This document shows, piece after piece, positions 42,201 to 57,200 of a DNA stretch of 64,000 nucleotides. The position numbers and the translations under genes were made by a program. This DNA comes from Mytilus californianus (lineage: Eukaryota). The stretch is from positions 21,266,001 through 21,330,000 of the forward strand of contig NW_026262593.1 in NCBI RefSeq assembly GCF_021869535.1. Reading direction: 5' to 3'. The stretch's first letter is position 1; each line of letters starts with the position of its first letter. A model generated the notes under the pieces. It was not told the DNA's origin and ran no database searches. It saw nothing but the letters and a program-made list of their open reading frames with translations.

Positions 42201-45200
42201 ATCAGAATGCAAGTTCTTATTATTGTGATGCTCAACAAGTCGCATTAATCGCAATAATAAAAACCTCGCAATAATTTCTGAATTTACAGTACTCTGATTT
42301 CTATGATCTGATTTTTTCTTCTTGAACATTCATAAAATATTTGCCACTGGATGTTAAGAAACCAACAATTGTTATCTATGAATTGTCAGTTTTTGTCTTT
42401 ATCTGATTTATATGAATAAAATGAGACGTGGAAAATAGGTCGATGAATTTGAAACTTTAATAAAGACACTAAAAAACTAGAGGTCAACATCTTCACAGGT
42501 GTCTACCCAATATGTTTTTAAGTCTTATATATTTTATTTTTGACATGTTTAAATTTTGAAAAATTTCGGAAAATATAAAAAGTCAAGAAATATAATATTT
42601 TGCTTATGTGTGCATTAATTATGAAAAAAATTCAGTTCATATTGCCAGGAAAAATATTGATACAGAAGTTTCCATGCAGCTTTACAAATTTAAATTTAAA
42701 GAAGCAATCATGGTACATATTGTACTAGTATTTGCTATAATTATTTATGCTTGTCAGAAGATAAAAGGAATTAAGAAGACTTAAAGCCATTCAAAATATT
42801 TCTTGATGTAGAAAAAAAAATGAAAATTTACAAGAAATGTGACCTAAATATTTGGAAATAAAACTGATATTTTACAGATTTTTCTGAGTCTGGATGGAGA
42901 AATGAGATGAACATTACATCTGATGCCCAGCTGTTCCCTGTAGACATAGCCAGACTGACTGAGGCTCTATATGTTGGACCTTACCAGTCAGCCACACCTT
43001 GTCAGGGATACAATTCACCGTACACAGGAGCTATTAATGGATGGAAAGATGGTAGGTTTTATGCATAACATGAAGTGTTTTTATCTCCACTGCAATAAGT
43101 GGCAGAATAAAGACTTTGAGCGTGCACTTCAATGATTGTTAAAGTTTGTGAATGAATGACATATCTCTGTGTTAGCATAGTTTGGTAATCCAAATGTACT
43201 TAGATTGATTGATTGGTGCTTAATACCACTTTTAGCACTATTGGCAATTTTGTGGGGGTCAGTTTTTATTGGTGAAGGAATATGAAGTGCCCAGAGAAAA
43301 CCTCCAACCTTTGTCATGGAAAAGAAATGTACTTAGAATAGCTGTACAAAAATACATGGGGGTTGAAATGTCAACTTGACAAGCTCATCTTCAAGATTGT
43401 ATAGTTGTCTGATAATAACCCTATTCTGCAGTAGATTGGCTTAAATGTTAAAAGTTTGATAGGTTCAATGATATACATACTATCTTTATTTCAGAATGCT
43501 CAGCTTCTAATTTGGAGAATTTACCGTCAAATACAATGAAGTGCTACATTCCTGCCACTTGTAGCTTTATCAGGTGTTGTCATGAAGTTAGTTTGCTGGG
43601 TACACCAATGGAAACAGAGCTTGAAATTGACTCTTGTAACTTTGAGCTGTCTGTCAGGATTGAAAAACTGGAGTTCAAAGTTCCCTTCCATGACTACCAA
43701 TGGGGTAAGGTCTAGTTAGAAGTCAGTTCATTTGACACTAAGATTTCAATAATTCTATTCAAATGAGATATTTGTTTTTATTTTTTTTTAGGGGGGGGGG
43801 GGGTTATTAAAAGTAGATATTCAAATCATTTTGTTATAGTACATGTTGATGTTGAAAATTTAAATTCAAATTTAAATTGAGAAATTCAGGCTTTTTATGG
43901 TGATATATTTACACTGAAAATCTGTTAACTCAAGAAATATGCCAAAATGCGAAAATCAATTGGAAGAGGAAAATAAGTTTTTGGTTTATCATAGCCATAT
44001 TCTTTCCAAAGAAATGGTTGTTTCCAATCTTTTTCTTCCCTTGGAGTAAACTTGTACTTTCATCTTTATATTAACACAAGTTCTTTAAAATTTGTGATAT
44101 TATGAATTTGCATTTATATCTGACTCATACTAACAATGTCTTTCTCAATTTACAGGAGTTGTACAAAGTATGGACCTGTTTGGTTTGTTAACGATGGAGT
44201 AAGTACCAACTTATTTTAATTTATCAAAAAGTTCCATGCAATATTTCTACCAAAAGACCCTACTGTTGTATAATTTTAAAATTATTAGTTGATTTGAAAT
44301 CCTATTTGTAATTTGTTTTATTAGTAGCAGTAGACTTCAAGTTGTGAGTTTAAGTAATCACGTAAAATCAAAAGACATCAAGGGGCCAACAAAGGATCAT
44401 CAATAATAAACAAGTTTTTAAAAGCATACTAAGCTCTAAATTGTTACGAGTCTTAAAAATTTATAAATAAATTTGGTACACTACTTAGGAATGGTCAATC
44501 AAACCAATTTCCCTATAGGACAAACACACAGATATAATTAAAGGCATTCATTTATGAGGCTCATGATTTGAGATCTATTTACATACCTGCCAACCCTCCC
44601 GTTTTGAGCGGAAGTCTCACGTGCAAACGACCAAATTTGCTGGTTCTCTCCCACGCGGGAGTATAGAATCTCCCACTTTCGATATTTTTACCTGGAATAA
44701 CCCGTGTTCATAATTCTCTGGCTTTTTCATTACTTTCAATAGAAATAAATAAACAGGCCGTCATTTGAAAACTTTGATCAGTAGTTTTTATGTTCGATAC
44801 ATAAGTAATCGCAATTCATTTCTGCCAACTCCAACAAGATAGAGGTCTTTGTCTGGACCAAGCGACAGTATAAAAGGAAGAAATAGATAACTGCAAATAA
44901 AAATGTCAAGCAGATAATTTTGAATGAAAGATTTTCAATATTTATGACCAAGTTCACTGGGTAATGAATCTTTTTGCACATCATGTTCAATCAACTTTTC
45001 GATTTCTTCTGGTAGTCTGTACGATGTTTGAAAGCATGCTTAGTGCGAGACTCACATCAAAATCAAAATATGGAATGTTATGAGTTACGAGACTCAGAGG
45101 TACTGAAAAAGGTCAAATAAACCCCCACCTTGTATAGATTATAACCATGAATTGAAGAAATAAAGTATATTTATTAACTCTTTTTGATGGTTTGTTGATG

Positions 45201-48200
45201 AATACATAAACAGGTCATATATTTAACTTGAAAATGTCGTTCGCGCCAAATCTCCCCCTCAGCTGTCATAGCTGAGGGGGAGATCTCCCTCTTTGAAGGT
45301 TTCAGAGGTTGGCAGGTATGTATTTATGTGGCAGAGTTGGACTAGTTTTGCCTCAGCAGTTAACCCTCCAATTAATCTTGACTAGTGAAATAAAGAATCA
45401 AATAAATAAAAAAGAAAAAAATCAGTATCTGTATAGAAAAAGAAGCACTTGTGTTAATGATACTTTCTTGATAGACAGTGATAAACACAAGTGAAAATAT
45501 ACAATAAAATAACTACTTTTCCTACAGCTTTGCCATAGAGAATCTATATGAGTCCAGACAGTTCTTGGTTTCTATGAATCTGACATTATCTTATGAATCT
45601 GCTGGACCTGTTGAAGCAGCTAACATACTAATGGACAAGGTCCTTCTATCTAAGAAGCAATGTGATTGGAGCTCAGACTTCCATATATCTGGTTAGTATT
45701 TATATATGTATATCATCAACATTTATCAGTTAACTTGGAATAACTTAGAAATTACTCATTTTATGATATTTTTGATATAGCTCAGAGATCCCTTGTTTAC
45801 TTTTTTGTTTCATCTTTTTTTTCTTGACATTGCTAAAATTATATCTGTTCAACCTATCTTTTTACCTATAAGGAATTGTTATGAACATATCCTTATTTAC
45901 AGTAATACAGAAATAAGTTTCTGTTGTTTCAGGCATTAATGTATTGAAAAGCCATTTCAGGGTTCCAGTATTATAAAGGTCTTTGCATTTTTTTTTATAA
46001 TACTTTCATGATTTTGCTTTGAAATTCTTAAATGTTTGAAAAAATAGTTGTCAATTTTGTTGATTGAATTAAGATTATATTAAACCTGCTACTGTTTAGT
46101 GATTTATTGTATAGTTCAAATTTTTGTGATTTTACCTTCAATGCCAAAAAAAGAAGGGACTAATTTTCAGAAAATGATAAGTAGCTTGGGTATAAGTTCT
46201 TTTCAAGTCCATCCAAATACTATTTTGGATTCCAGATGATAAGTCAAAAACTTTATATCTAATTGCAACTTATCTTGGAAATATGATTACATATAATGAG
46301 AGAAAAAAGCCTATTCATTTTGAGGTCTCTGCTTCCAAGGCTGATCTATATTCACATATGACAAGAGGAAGTATCCTGGTGATTTTGAGGTCCTTGCCTC
46401 TAAGGTCAAGCTTAAAGTAACTAAAAATAGACTGAAAAGCATGCAGGAATTTGATATCCAGATACAAAATCAAATATTTGATTTCAGAATACAACCATAT
46501 TTTGATATGTGGTCACATCTAATAAGATGAGGATCCCTATTCATTTTGAAGTCACTTAGTCATAAGTCAAGGTCGTAGTTAATTAAAAAAATATTTTTGT
46601 TGGGCAAAATTACTGACTGAAATCATAACAGGAAAGAATCATACAGAAAAGTAAACAGAAAAAACTATGCTATTAGGTCAATATAAGCTCTTCTCTTTAT
46701 ATGAGGAGCATTTGGGTATGTGTGCTTGCCCCCTAAAGGTTCTTTATCAATATATAAGATTGTTAATTTTCATAAACTTTTGATAATATCACTTTGATAA
46801 TTTGAAAAAGTGTATTATTTTAGAAAAATATTTCAGGTTTTTCACTGAACACGTATTTGTTAAACAGAAACCACAGACCTACTGATCCTTTGACACCAAA
46901 CTTGTTACTACAGTTTATGGAAGATACCAACCTAGCACCATTCATGCAGGATGAAATGTGTAATCAAACTGGTGCCCTGTATAACAATCAATCATGGACA
47001 CAAGGTATAAAACAATTGTTTACTGTAAATTCAGAAATTGTTGCGAGCATTTATTATTGCGATTTTGTCATTTTAGACAAAAATGCGATTTTAATAATTG
47101 CGATATTGAGAAAAATCGAGTTTAATTCCCTTAGCGTGTTTAAATTATTGCAATTATAACCCTGTCGCATTTTTCGCAATAAGAAAAGCATCGCAATAAT
47201 TTCTGAATTTACAGTATCTTATTTCATATCGTCAACTTTTAAAACCTATAAAGTTTCAGATCTCCCTCTGAGGAATAAAATCATGCGAAATATGAAGTAG
47301 AACCTTTTATAGACATTTTATGGTATTTTGAAGTAATGGAAGTAATGTTCAAAAAGTTCTTAAAATGAACATTTAATTGAACCACAACATAAAATTACTA
47401 AAAGAATATGTCAGGTGACCTTGGTACTTTTTATAAGGTTAAGTAGTCTTTTGACAATAAATTGTAATTTTTACAAGACAAACCATCAAGAATAGAAAAA
47501 AAAATTGTAACAGATTGAAAAATTGAGAGATTTTTTATCTCAAAAGGGAGAACTTAATCTAAATATCAGAAGACAGGTCTTCAAAGTCATATGTTCATAG
47601 TTGCCAACCTCTGACAATGACAAATCATGTCATGACATGATATGGCATGTCAAAAAGCGTGTGAAAAAGCGTGACGTAGATGCGGACTTTTTAATATGAA
47701 CATTATACAAATGTGTTAATATAAAAAAACAATATTCTACTGTAAACTTTTATTGCATTCAACAGTGGCCTGTTTTGCTGCTTTCAAAACAACATAACTA
47801 GGTACATATTCAATTCAACTGCCAGTTTGGTTACATTTACATGATAACAAGGCACACAATATATCATTGTTGACTTCTGATCTGAATTCAGTGTTAATCT
47901 TCTTTATAATTGAAAATGCTCTCTCACAGTCAGAATTGCTTTTTGGCAGAACTAAAATAGCTTTAGCAAGCTTTGAAAGAATGTCATAACGTTTTTTTTG
48001 TCATTAAAAATGTCATCTGTGTCTGCCTTTGCTCCCCAAAAATAATTTGGCAGAATGTTGCTATTTCCTGATCAAACCTGGGTAGTTCATCAGGAGAAGA
48101 CATCTGTTACTCTGAGAACTGATCCAACAGTTCTGTGATATTTCCATCCCCTATGTCCTGTAGAAATCTGTTGGCTAGGTTAGAAACTGAAGAAGAAAAA

Positions 48201-51200
48201 TAATTTTATAATTTGAATACCATTGAATGCTTTATCAATTGAAGATGCATAATACTTTGAAAATGATAATCCCTTTATTGCCCTTTGATTAGGAAAATAA
48301 ATATCGATCACTTTTTTGATCCATTTAAACTCGGACTCTCAAGTTCAGCTTTTTTGGTAAGTACATACATATCTTTTTCGCTTAGCACTCGGTTCTTTAG
48401 ACGTCGGTACAGGTCCAGAAGGCGACCTCATTCTGTTGGACATTTCCCCAAAGTGAATTCGAATGAAAGAAAGACACAAAACCTTGAAACTACTTACAAA
48501 CTTACTAGAAGGGCTTTTGTTGTATGTCCATGAAAATAAACAATGGTGACTCAACAAATACTTCCAAATTTTCTGTATTTATCGTCTAATTATGAAAAAA
48601 ACCTGAGAATCGCTATATCACTAACGACCAAAAATTTAAAATAACGAAAAAGCGTGTAATGGCATGTAAAGTGTTGAAAAGCGTGTACATGCAATGTGAC
48701 AAAATCTTCGCGTGTAAACCATTGAAAAAGCATGCATTACACGCGAATATCATGTGAGTTGGCAACTATGTATGTTGAATGTTTAAAAAAAAATAGTGAA
48801 GCTCACAGTTATATTTGGAGAGTTGACTCTTGTGTTATTTGTAATTATTATACCTCAGTATGTTTTTTATACGACCGCAAAAACATTTTGCAGTCGTATA
48901 TTGGTATGACGTTGGCGTCGTCGTCGTCGTCCGAAGACACATTGGTTTTTTGCATTCTAACTTTAGTTTAAGTGAATGGATCTCTATGAAATTTTACCAT
49001 AAGGTTCAATACCACAAAAGGATGGTTGGGATTGATTTTGGGGGTTATGGTACCAACAGTTAAGGAATTAGGGGCCAAAAAGGAGCCAAAATAAGCATTT
49101 TTGTAACTTCCAGACATAACTTGTGTGTTAGTGTATGGATCTCTCTGACATTGTACCACAAGGTTCCATATCACAAAGGGAATGCTGGGATTGATGTTGG
49201 GGGTAATTGCCTCAAAATATTAGGAATTAGGGGCAAAAAACAAGCATTTTTCTAGTTTCAGGACAATAACTTCTGTGTACGTGTATGGATCTTTATGAAA
49301 TTGTACTACAAGGTTCCATATCACAAAGGGAAAGCTGGGTTTGAGTTTGGGGGTAATTGCCCTAAACGTTTAGGAATTTGGGGCCAAAAAGGGACCTAAA
49401 AACAAGCATTTTTCTAGTTTCCAGACAATAACTTGTGTTCAAGTGTATGGATCTCTCTGAAATTGTACTGCAAGGTACCATACCACAAAGGAAAGGCTGG
49501 GATTGAGTTTGGGGATGATGAATCATAAGGGGTTCAAAAAATTTGGGGGAGGGATTATTTTTCCTTTTTAGCTCACCTGGCCCGAAGGGCCAAGTGAGCT
49601 TTTCTCATCACTTGGCGTCCGGTGGTGGCGTTGTCGTCGTCCGTCGTCGTTAGCTTTTTACAAAAATCTTCTCCTCTGAAACCACTGGGCCAAATTTAAC
49701 CAAACTTGGCCACAATCATCATTAGGGTATTTAATTTAAAAAATGTGTCCGATGACCCTAGGAACCAACCAAGATGGCTGCCATGGCTAAAAATAGAACA
49801 TAGGGGTAAAATGTAGATTTTGGCTTATATCTCTGAAACCAAAGCATTTAGAGTAAATCTGACAGGGTTAAACTGATTATCAGGTCAAGATCTATCTGCC
49901 CTGAAATTTTCAGACAAATCTGACAACTTGTTGTTGGGTTGCTGCCCCTGAATTGGTAATTTTAAGGAAATTTTGCAGTTTTTGGTTATTATCTTGAATA
50001 TTATTATAGATAGAGATAAACTGTAAACAGCAATAATGTTCAGCAAGGTAAGATCTTCAAATAAGTTGTGATGACCAAAATTGTCAGTTGACCCCTTTAG
50101 GAGTTATTGCCCTTTATAAATTATAGTCAATTTTTTTCAATTTTTCATAAATTTTTGTAATCTTTTACAAAAATCTTCTTCTTTGAAACTACTGAGACAA
50201 ATTTAACCATACTTGGCCATAATCATTTTTAGGGTATTTAGTTTAAAAAATTTGTCCGATGACCCCGCCTTCCAACCATCATGACCAACTTGGTTAAAAA
50301 TAGAACATAGGGGTAAAATGTAGATTTTGGCTTATATCTCTGAAACCAAAGCATTTAGAGTAAATCTGACAGGGATAAAACTGATTATCAGGTCAAGATC
50401 TATCTGCCCTGAAATTTTCAGACAAATCTGACAACTTGTTGTTGGGTTGCTGCCCCTGAATGATAATTTTAAGGAAATTTTGCAGTTTTTGGTTATTATC
50501 TTGAATATTATTATAGATAGAGATAAACTGTAAACAGCAATAATGTTCAGCAAGGTAAGATCTACAAATAAGTTGTCATGACCAAAATGGTCAGTCGACC
50601 CCTTAAGGAGTTATTACCCTTAATAGTCAATTTTTTTCAATTTTTCATAAATTTTTGTAATCTTTTACAAAAATCTTCTTCTCTGAAACTATTTAGACAA
50701 ATTTAACCATACTTGGCCATAATCATTTTTAGGGTATTTAGTTTAAAAAAATTGTCCGATGACCCCGCCTTCCAACCATCATGACCAACTTGGTTAAAAA
50801 TAGAACATAGGGGTAAAATGCAGTTTTTGGTTTATATCTCTGAAACTAAAGCATTTAGAGCAAATCTGACAGGGGGCAAAAATGTTCATCAGATTTAGAT
50901 TTATCTGCCCTGAAATTTTCAGACGAATCCGACAACCCGTTGTTGGGTTGCTGCCCCTGAGTTATTAATTTTACATAAAATTTTGCATCTTTTTGTTATT
51001 ATCTTAGATATCATTATAATATCTAATATCTAATACTATTAATTATGATTTTAACCTTATTTTACATGATTTCCAAAGCATCAGTAAATACAGGTGAGCA
51101 ACACAGGCTCTTGAGAGCCTCTAGTTTTTTCCTTTTTTTTTCTTTAAAATTTTCCATTTTAAATTGGTTATTTCTGATTTATATATAAAAGCAAATAATA

Positions 51201-54200
51201 ATGATATGGTTTGAATAGGGAAATTAAAAATTTTTAAGTTCTTAGACCACATTCATTCTGTGTCAGAAACCTATACTGTGTCAAATATTTAATCACAATC
51301 CAAATTCAGTGCTGTATCAAGCTTGAATGTTGTGTCCATACTTGCCCCAACTGTTCAGGGTTCGACCTCTGCGGTCGTATCAAGCTGCGCCCAGCGGAGC
51401 ATTTTATTCTATATAAAAAAGAATTAAATATTTGTGTTATTTCATTCCACAGACTATTTGCCAGTCAATAGTTTCAAAGACTATTACCTTGGTCAATAGT
51501 TTGATAAACATATTTCCTGTACTTTTTCATACTAATTTTTCATTGGACAACTATAACGTTCTTGACTATTCTGCTTTGATTTGTGCAATGTTAAACTCTG
51601 AAATATTGTTAACGGTATAATCTGTATGTGTCTGTCGTCGTAATTTCAAATTAATATATTACTTACAGAAGCAATTAAAATAGAAAAAGAAAATATATGC
51701 CACATATTTGAAGAACTCAAACAAATGTATGGTATGGGTCTGTGTCATGGCAGAGCTCTTTATTTTTCTTTTAAATTCCTGGAGATGATTACTGCTTCCT
51801 GAATCAAAATATCTTTGGGTGTCAACTGATAGATGACTTTTTCACTGATTCCGAAAATATATGGTTTCTATGCATTTTTTGTGTATAAAGAGGACACAAT
51901 TGGATACTTCTACAAAATGCCACTTCTGGTGTCAAATGAAAGCTTACAATTTCTTAGTTATTATAGAAATATATGGTTTCTTGGTACTTTTACATTTAAT
52001 AAGTGCCAAAATAATAATTCCTGTTTAAATAATCTCACATCTGGTTGACCTTCCAACCTATAGCAAAAGATATAATCGATTTATCACCAGCATGAAGTTA
52101 TAGCAAAGATAAAAATCTTGATAATCAAATAGACCTTAGACCTTGACCTCTTGATCTTTCACATGTATGGTGAAGAAGTTATACTGATTTCAAATATATG
52201 AGGGGATAAACTCTTATTGAAGATCACAGAAACACTTTGATATAACTAATTTATTTTAATTATGGCTAATGTTTCTGTTGAATAAAAATAACATGTGAAG
52301 TTCAAAATTAAGAACATGACCTTGACCTCACTTTTCTCCTAATGGTCCAAGAACTACGTAAGATGTCATTGGATCACTTCTGTCTAATTTGACTGAAGCA
52401 TCCAAACAATTTGGAACAAAAAAATTAATTTCCTGTATGGTTACAAAAGAATAAAGAGAACAAGAAAAAGAAAGTGTTGGGAGATAAATCCTAGAGTAGG
52501 TGTTCAGCTAGGTAGAGTTAATGGTGATACCGTAATCCTTATGTCATTGGCCAAAAATCCTTTTGATGTGTCTTGAAATAAAACAACAATGTCTCAGACG
52601 CAGAAAAAAAATTATCAGGACAAATATAAAAGGTCTTTCCATGAAAAGTGGAAAGACCTAATAGAACAAAAAACAGAAGTTATCACTTTGATTTATTTGT
52701 AATTTTCATTTTACTAACTAAGCGATATAAACTGCTGAAAAATAGGAATGATTGTTTCCATAGGTTGTATATGAACCATGGCTTCTCACTGAAACTTGAT
52801 CTCCTTTCTCAAGGTCTAGCACAGGATTGGCAGTTTCAGTTCCCCCATGGATCTTTGGGCCGTACAAGTTCATGAGGTTAGCTCCATTTTTACTGATGGA
52901 AGCTCCTAAGGCAGTACCACCACTAGACATGACTGTTGCAGAAATAAGATATAGCCCTGCCTTTGTTGCTGTAAATATTCCTGTTTTAGGACTATATCCT
53001 TTACCTTGGTTCAAAATTACTGTGTCATATTTAATAGTAGCATCTTTAGATAAAGTTAAGTGGCTTTTCAGTGTTGCTGTAAAAGCGGGTCTGTCTTTTT
53101 CATTACTTGTCCCTAAAAAGATAAAATGGTTGTAAATTAGAGAAATTATATTGAGGGTGGTAAAGGGTTATTTTCGTGCAATGTTTTCTGCCTTTTTATT
53201 TCACGTGTTTTCGTGTTTTGATGTTTTATTTCTCGTTTTCTCGTGTTTGGTTCGATGTGCGTGCTTCGTGTTTCCCCTTATTTATTTTCCGTGTTTCATG
53301 TCGGTACTCTTAATTTCTCGTGCTTGTCCCGCATTTGACTAAAAAGTAAAACTTGTGTAATCTAATAGAACTTGATGTACATTGTTACCATTCTACTTTT
53401 GCAATTCTATTGTATATGTATGGTATGTAATAAAGTCCATCAAATTACTATGAATAATATTTTTTCAACTCAAATTCAACTAGCGGACGCTAAAAGGTGA
53501 CTGCAGGGTATTCATGTCCATTAATAATGACTGCATGATCTCTAAGAACGACTGAGTAATAACTTCTAGTACCTTTTTCCTTAATATTTACGATTTTATT
53601 TCTCGTGCTTCGTTTTTCTCCTTTTACCACCCTCTATATTATATGAAAATCATGAAAAACAAATGAATTACTTAGAGTTTTTTTTTAATTTCAAATCAGT
53701 GGAGTATGTCATGAGTTACTTTCTATATTTGTGGCAGACATAAACTTAGAGATGTTGACTAATATAAATGAAATTAACTATTTACCTGATATTTGAGATC
53801 CAGATTTAATGGCAACCATCATATCCACTAAGTTGTCAAATATCTTGTTTTCTGAAAATAAAAGTTCAAATTAAAATTTTATTTATTTTGAAGTAACCTT
53901 AAATGTATGTAATTAATCTTGAGTTTTCACATGTCAACACTCTAACACTCATTATAATAGAAAAAAAATCAAACTGGAATATACAATTTAGAGACTAGAG
54001 TGGGGTGTTTTAATAGGATGTCTGATCCTGAATTCCCTAGAAAAAATTCGTCTGTCCCTGAATTGAAGATTTAACTGGCTATTGCCGATTTCTGTGAATG
54101 AGGCATCTCAATTCTGAATTCTCCAAAAAGGTCCTTCTGATCCTCTAAAATAGACATGATTTAAAGTTTGAAATATTGTAAAGGCAGCTGTTTATTTTTG

Positions 54201-57200
54201 AAGACTGTATGTCTATCTGCTGCTGTCTATTGGTTTTTATTTGATTGCTGTTTTCCCTTATGATTATCCTACTTTCTGTCGAGTTTCAACCTTTGCATTT
54301 AATTTTAAATATTTTTGTTTTTATTGAATTTGAACTGAACACTAACAAAATAATTAGTTGACACATATAAGAGTTTTTACTATACATATGGAAACTTACC
54401 AAGTTTTGGGCATGATCCACTTTCCACTTCTTTGGCAAGCATTGAAGTCAACAGCAGACAGGTACTAAACACAAACATTTGTAAATTTATCATGTTGAGC
54501 TTTTGGAACTGTGATGTGAACCATGCAGTTTAGCTATATTATACTTTCAGAATTCCTGCTATTCTAGGTCATAATGATGATATTGCATGTTTAACATTTG
54601 AACATATGTTCGGTATTCATTACACCAGTAAATAAAGTATCGAGTTTCGTTTCACGTTTTGAAAAAGGAAAGATTGTTCATTTACATTTGGTTGAAATTG
54701 TACTTGTTTTAAGACATTTTTTTAAATGATTTTTATTTTTTTTTCTCTGTCTGTCTGTTTGTCTGTCTGTCTGTTTGTCTCCAAAAGTAAAGGTAGGACC
54801 CTGATGAGATTTTGAACAGTTGTTGCACATATTAACATGTTCAATTGACAAATGAAGTATGGAAAAAAATAGGTTTTTTTTATAAATCATTGATTTTTAT
54901 ACCTACTTTTATGTTATGGCAAATCTTCAAAAGTATGAGTATATAGTACTATATGAAAAATGCCTTTTCCAGCAATTTTGTTCTTTCAATCAATACTTTG
55001 AATTGCAAATGGGGTTACACGTAGAGTGAAAACACATGCAACTTCTTGTTTATCTGTCAATACTGAATATCCCAGATGTTCCCATGTCTTAAGAGAAAAT
55101 GTTTGATGCCACATAGCAAAACTTTCGTCTGAATGGAGTCAATGTTCATGTAATTGTTGTTAATACTTGGTTCAAGTTATGCAGATTTCAAAATAGTTAA
55201 AAAGAATATGAACTATTCCTTTCTTTTTTCAGATTGTGCTGCTAACCTTGCATTGCCAACTTTATCAGACAAAGTTAATGGCCACATAACTACTATGTGT
55301 ACAGGTGTGGAAGGTTGTATAGAGAATGATTTGATTAAGAGGTCAATCCAATTCTCCCTTCTACTGGATCCCTGTTCAAACAGACTCAGTATCAGTATAG
55401 AGAGAGCAAGATACAACAGAACACTCGATGATTTTGAATATGGTATGTGATATTTGAATTATTGAAATATTTGACAAAATATTTTTAAACAAATAATGAT
55501 AACACAGAATTTTTGAAAAAATATTGGAAACCTGTCTAAACCAAACTCTGCATTTATCTAAATCTCAGTGTAGTAAATATTTTTTGGGGTTCTTATAATG
55601 CTATGATGTTGTCGTCGTCGTCCGAAGATATATTTGGTTTCCGTACAATAATTTTAGTTAAAGTGAATGCATCTCTATTAAATTTTACAAGAAGGTTCAA
55701 TACCACAAAAGGAAGGTTGGGATTGGTTTTGGGGGTTATTGTACCAACCATTTAGGAATTAAAGGCCAAAAAGGGGCCAAAAATAAGTATTTTTGTAGTT
55801 TCTGGACAATTACTTGTCTGTAAGTGTATGGATCTCTCTGACATTGTACCACTATGTTCCATATCACAAAGGGAAGGCTTACATGCAGGAATTAGGGGCA
55901 AAAAAAGGGGCAAAACAAGCATTTTTCTAGTTTCCAGACAATAACTTGTGTTTAAGTGTACTGATCTCTCTAAAATTGTACTACAAGGTTCCATACTACA
56001 AAGGAAAGGCTGGGCTTGAGTTTTGGGGTAATTGCTTCAGGGGGGGGTCAAAAAGTTGGGGGGGGGGGGGGGGGAAATTTTTTTTCCAATTTAAATTTTT
56101 TTGAATAGATTTTTAAGATCTTTGACAACATTTATTTTGTCTCAGAAACCTTGATTATGTCGAAAATTTGATGACAATCCAAATTCAGACAGTATCAAGT
56201 TTGAATATTGTGTCAAAATTTGCTCCAACTGTTCAGGGTTCGACCTCTGCGGTCGTATCAGGCTGCGCTCAGCAAAGCATTTTATCTGATTCATGGAGAA
56301 TTTACCCTATGACAGGTGTTAACTTTAAGACAGGCACTCAAAAGGGAGTTTAATCATTCAGAATCATAGTATTGAAAACATTTAGGTTCTCTTGTCCTTA
56401 AAAACCAACATGCAAATATAGAGAAGTTGGTTGCTATACACCTTATCGCTATTTGTCCGCCATACCTTGACATCATACAGGTTCCTGTCAAAGTTTGAGG
56501 TCACAATAGAAAAATCTGAGGCAAAAATGAAAAAGTGATTGTTGTATGACGTCAAAATTTCAAGCGGCGCAGATTCTCAGAGCAACCGGGGCAGATTTCC
56601 AAATAGTAATAAGGAGTATTGTAAACTGAAATACAAGACATACACTGAAAATTCTATTATTTTCAAAACCAATGTGGCTAAGGTTTCTGGCAAATTAGAA
56701 TTTAAAGTCCTGAAGTGGTTTGATTTAAAAAGGTTTGGCTGTAATATTCAAATAAAACATTTACAAATAACTATTGTTTCTGTTTGCTTATATATTTTCG
56801 AATTATAAAAGGTTGGTATATGTTATTTTCATTCAAGCATAAGCCTGTGACAATTTTGTTCTATTCATTTAAAGACAGGTATTCAAAACTTGAATATTGT
56901 TGCAGAATATAATCAAAAATAAGAAAGATTTAGAGGTAGTGTTGTCCTTCCTAATCCAGAACGGTTGTTCATATGTTTTATTCTAATGTAATGGCTTATT
57001 CAAGAAAAGGGGTTTACCATGACCATATTTGTACAAAACCAGATGTATTATTATAAAACATAAAAAATAATGAATATATTTTTTAAGAATAAGTTAAAAT
57101 CGGAAAATATGTGAAGAAATAACAAGCAAGATTTTCTTTAGAAATGTTTACAACAGAATATTCCATAAAATAATGATAATTTCTTTTTTGAAAAATCAAG

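Noticed and set aside
53151-53342. Hydrophobic 63-aa ORF as a membrane peptide
   Set aside because: Translation of T-rich CGTG repeats inside a MITE.
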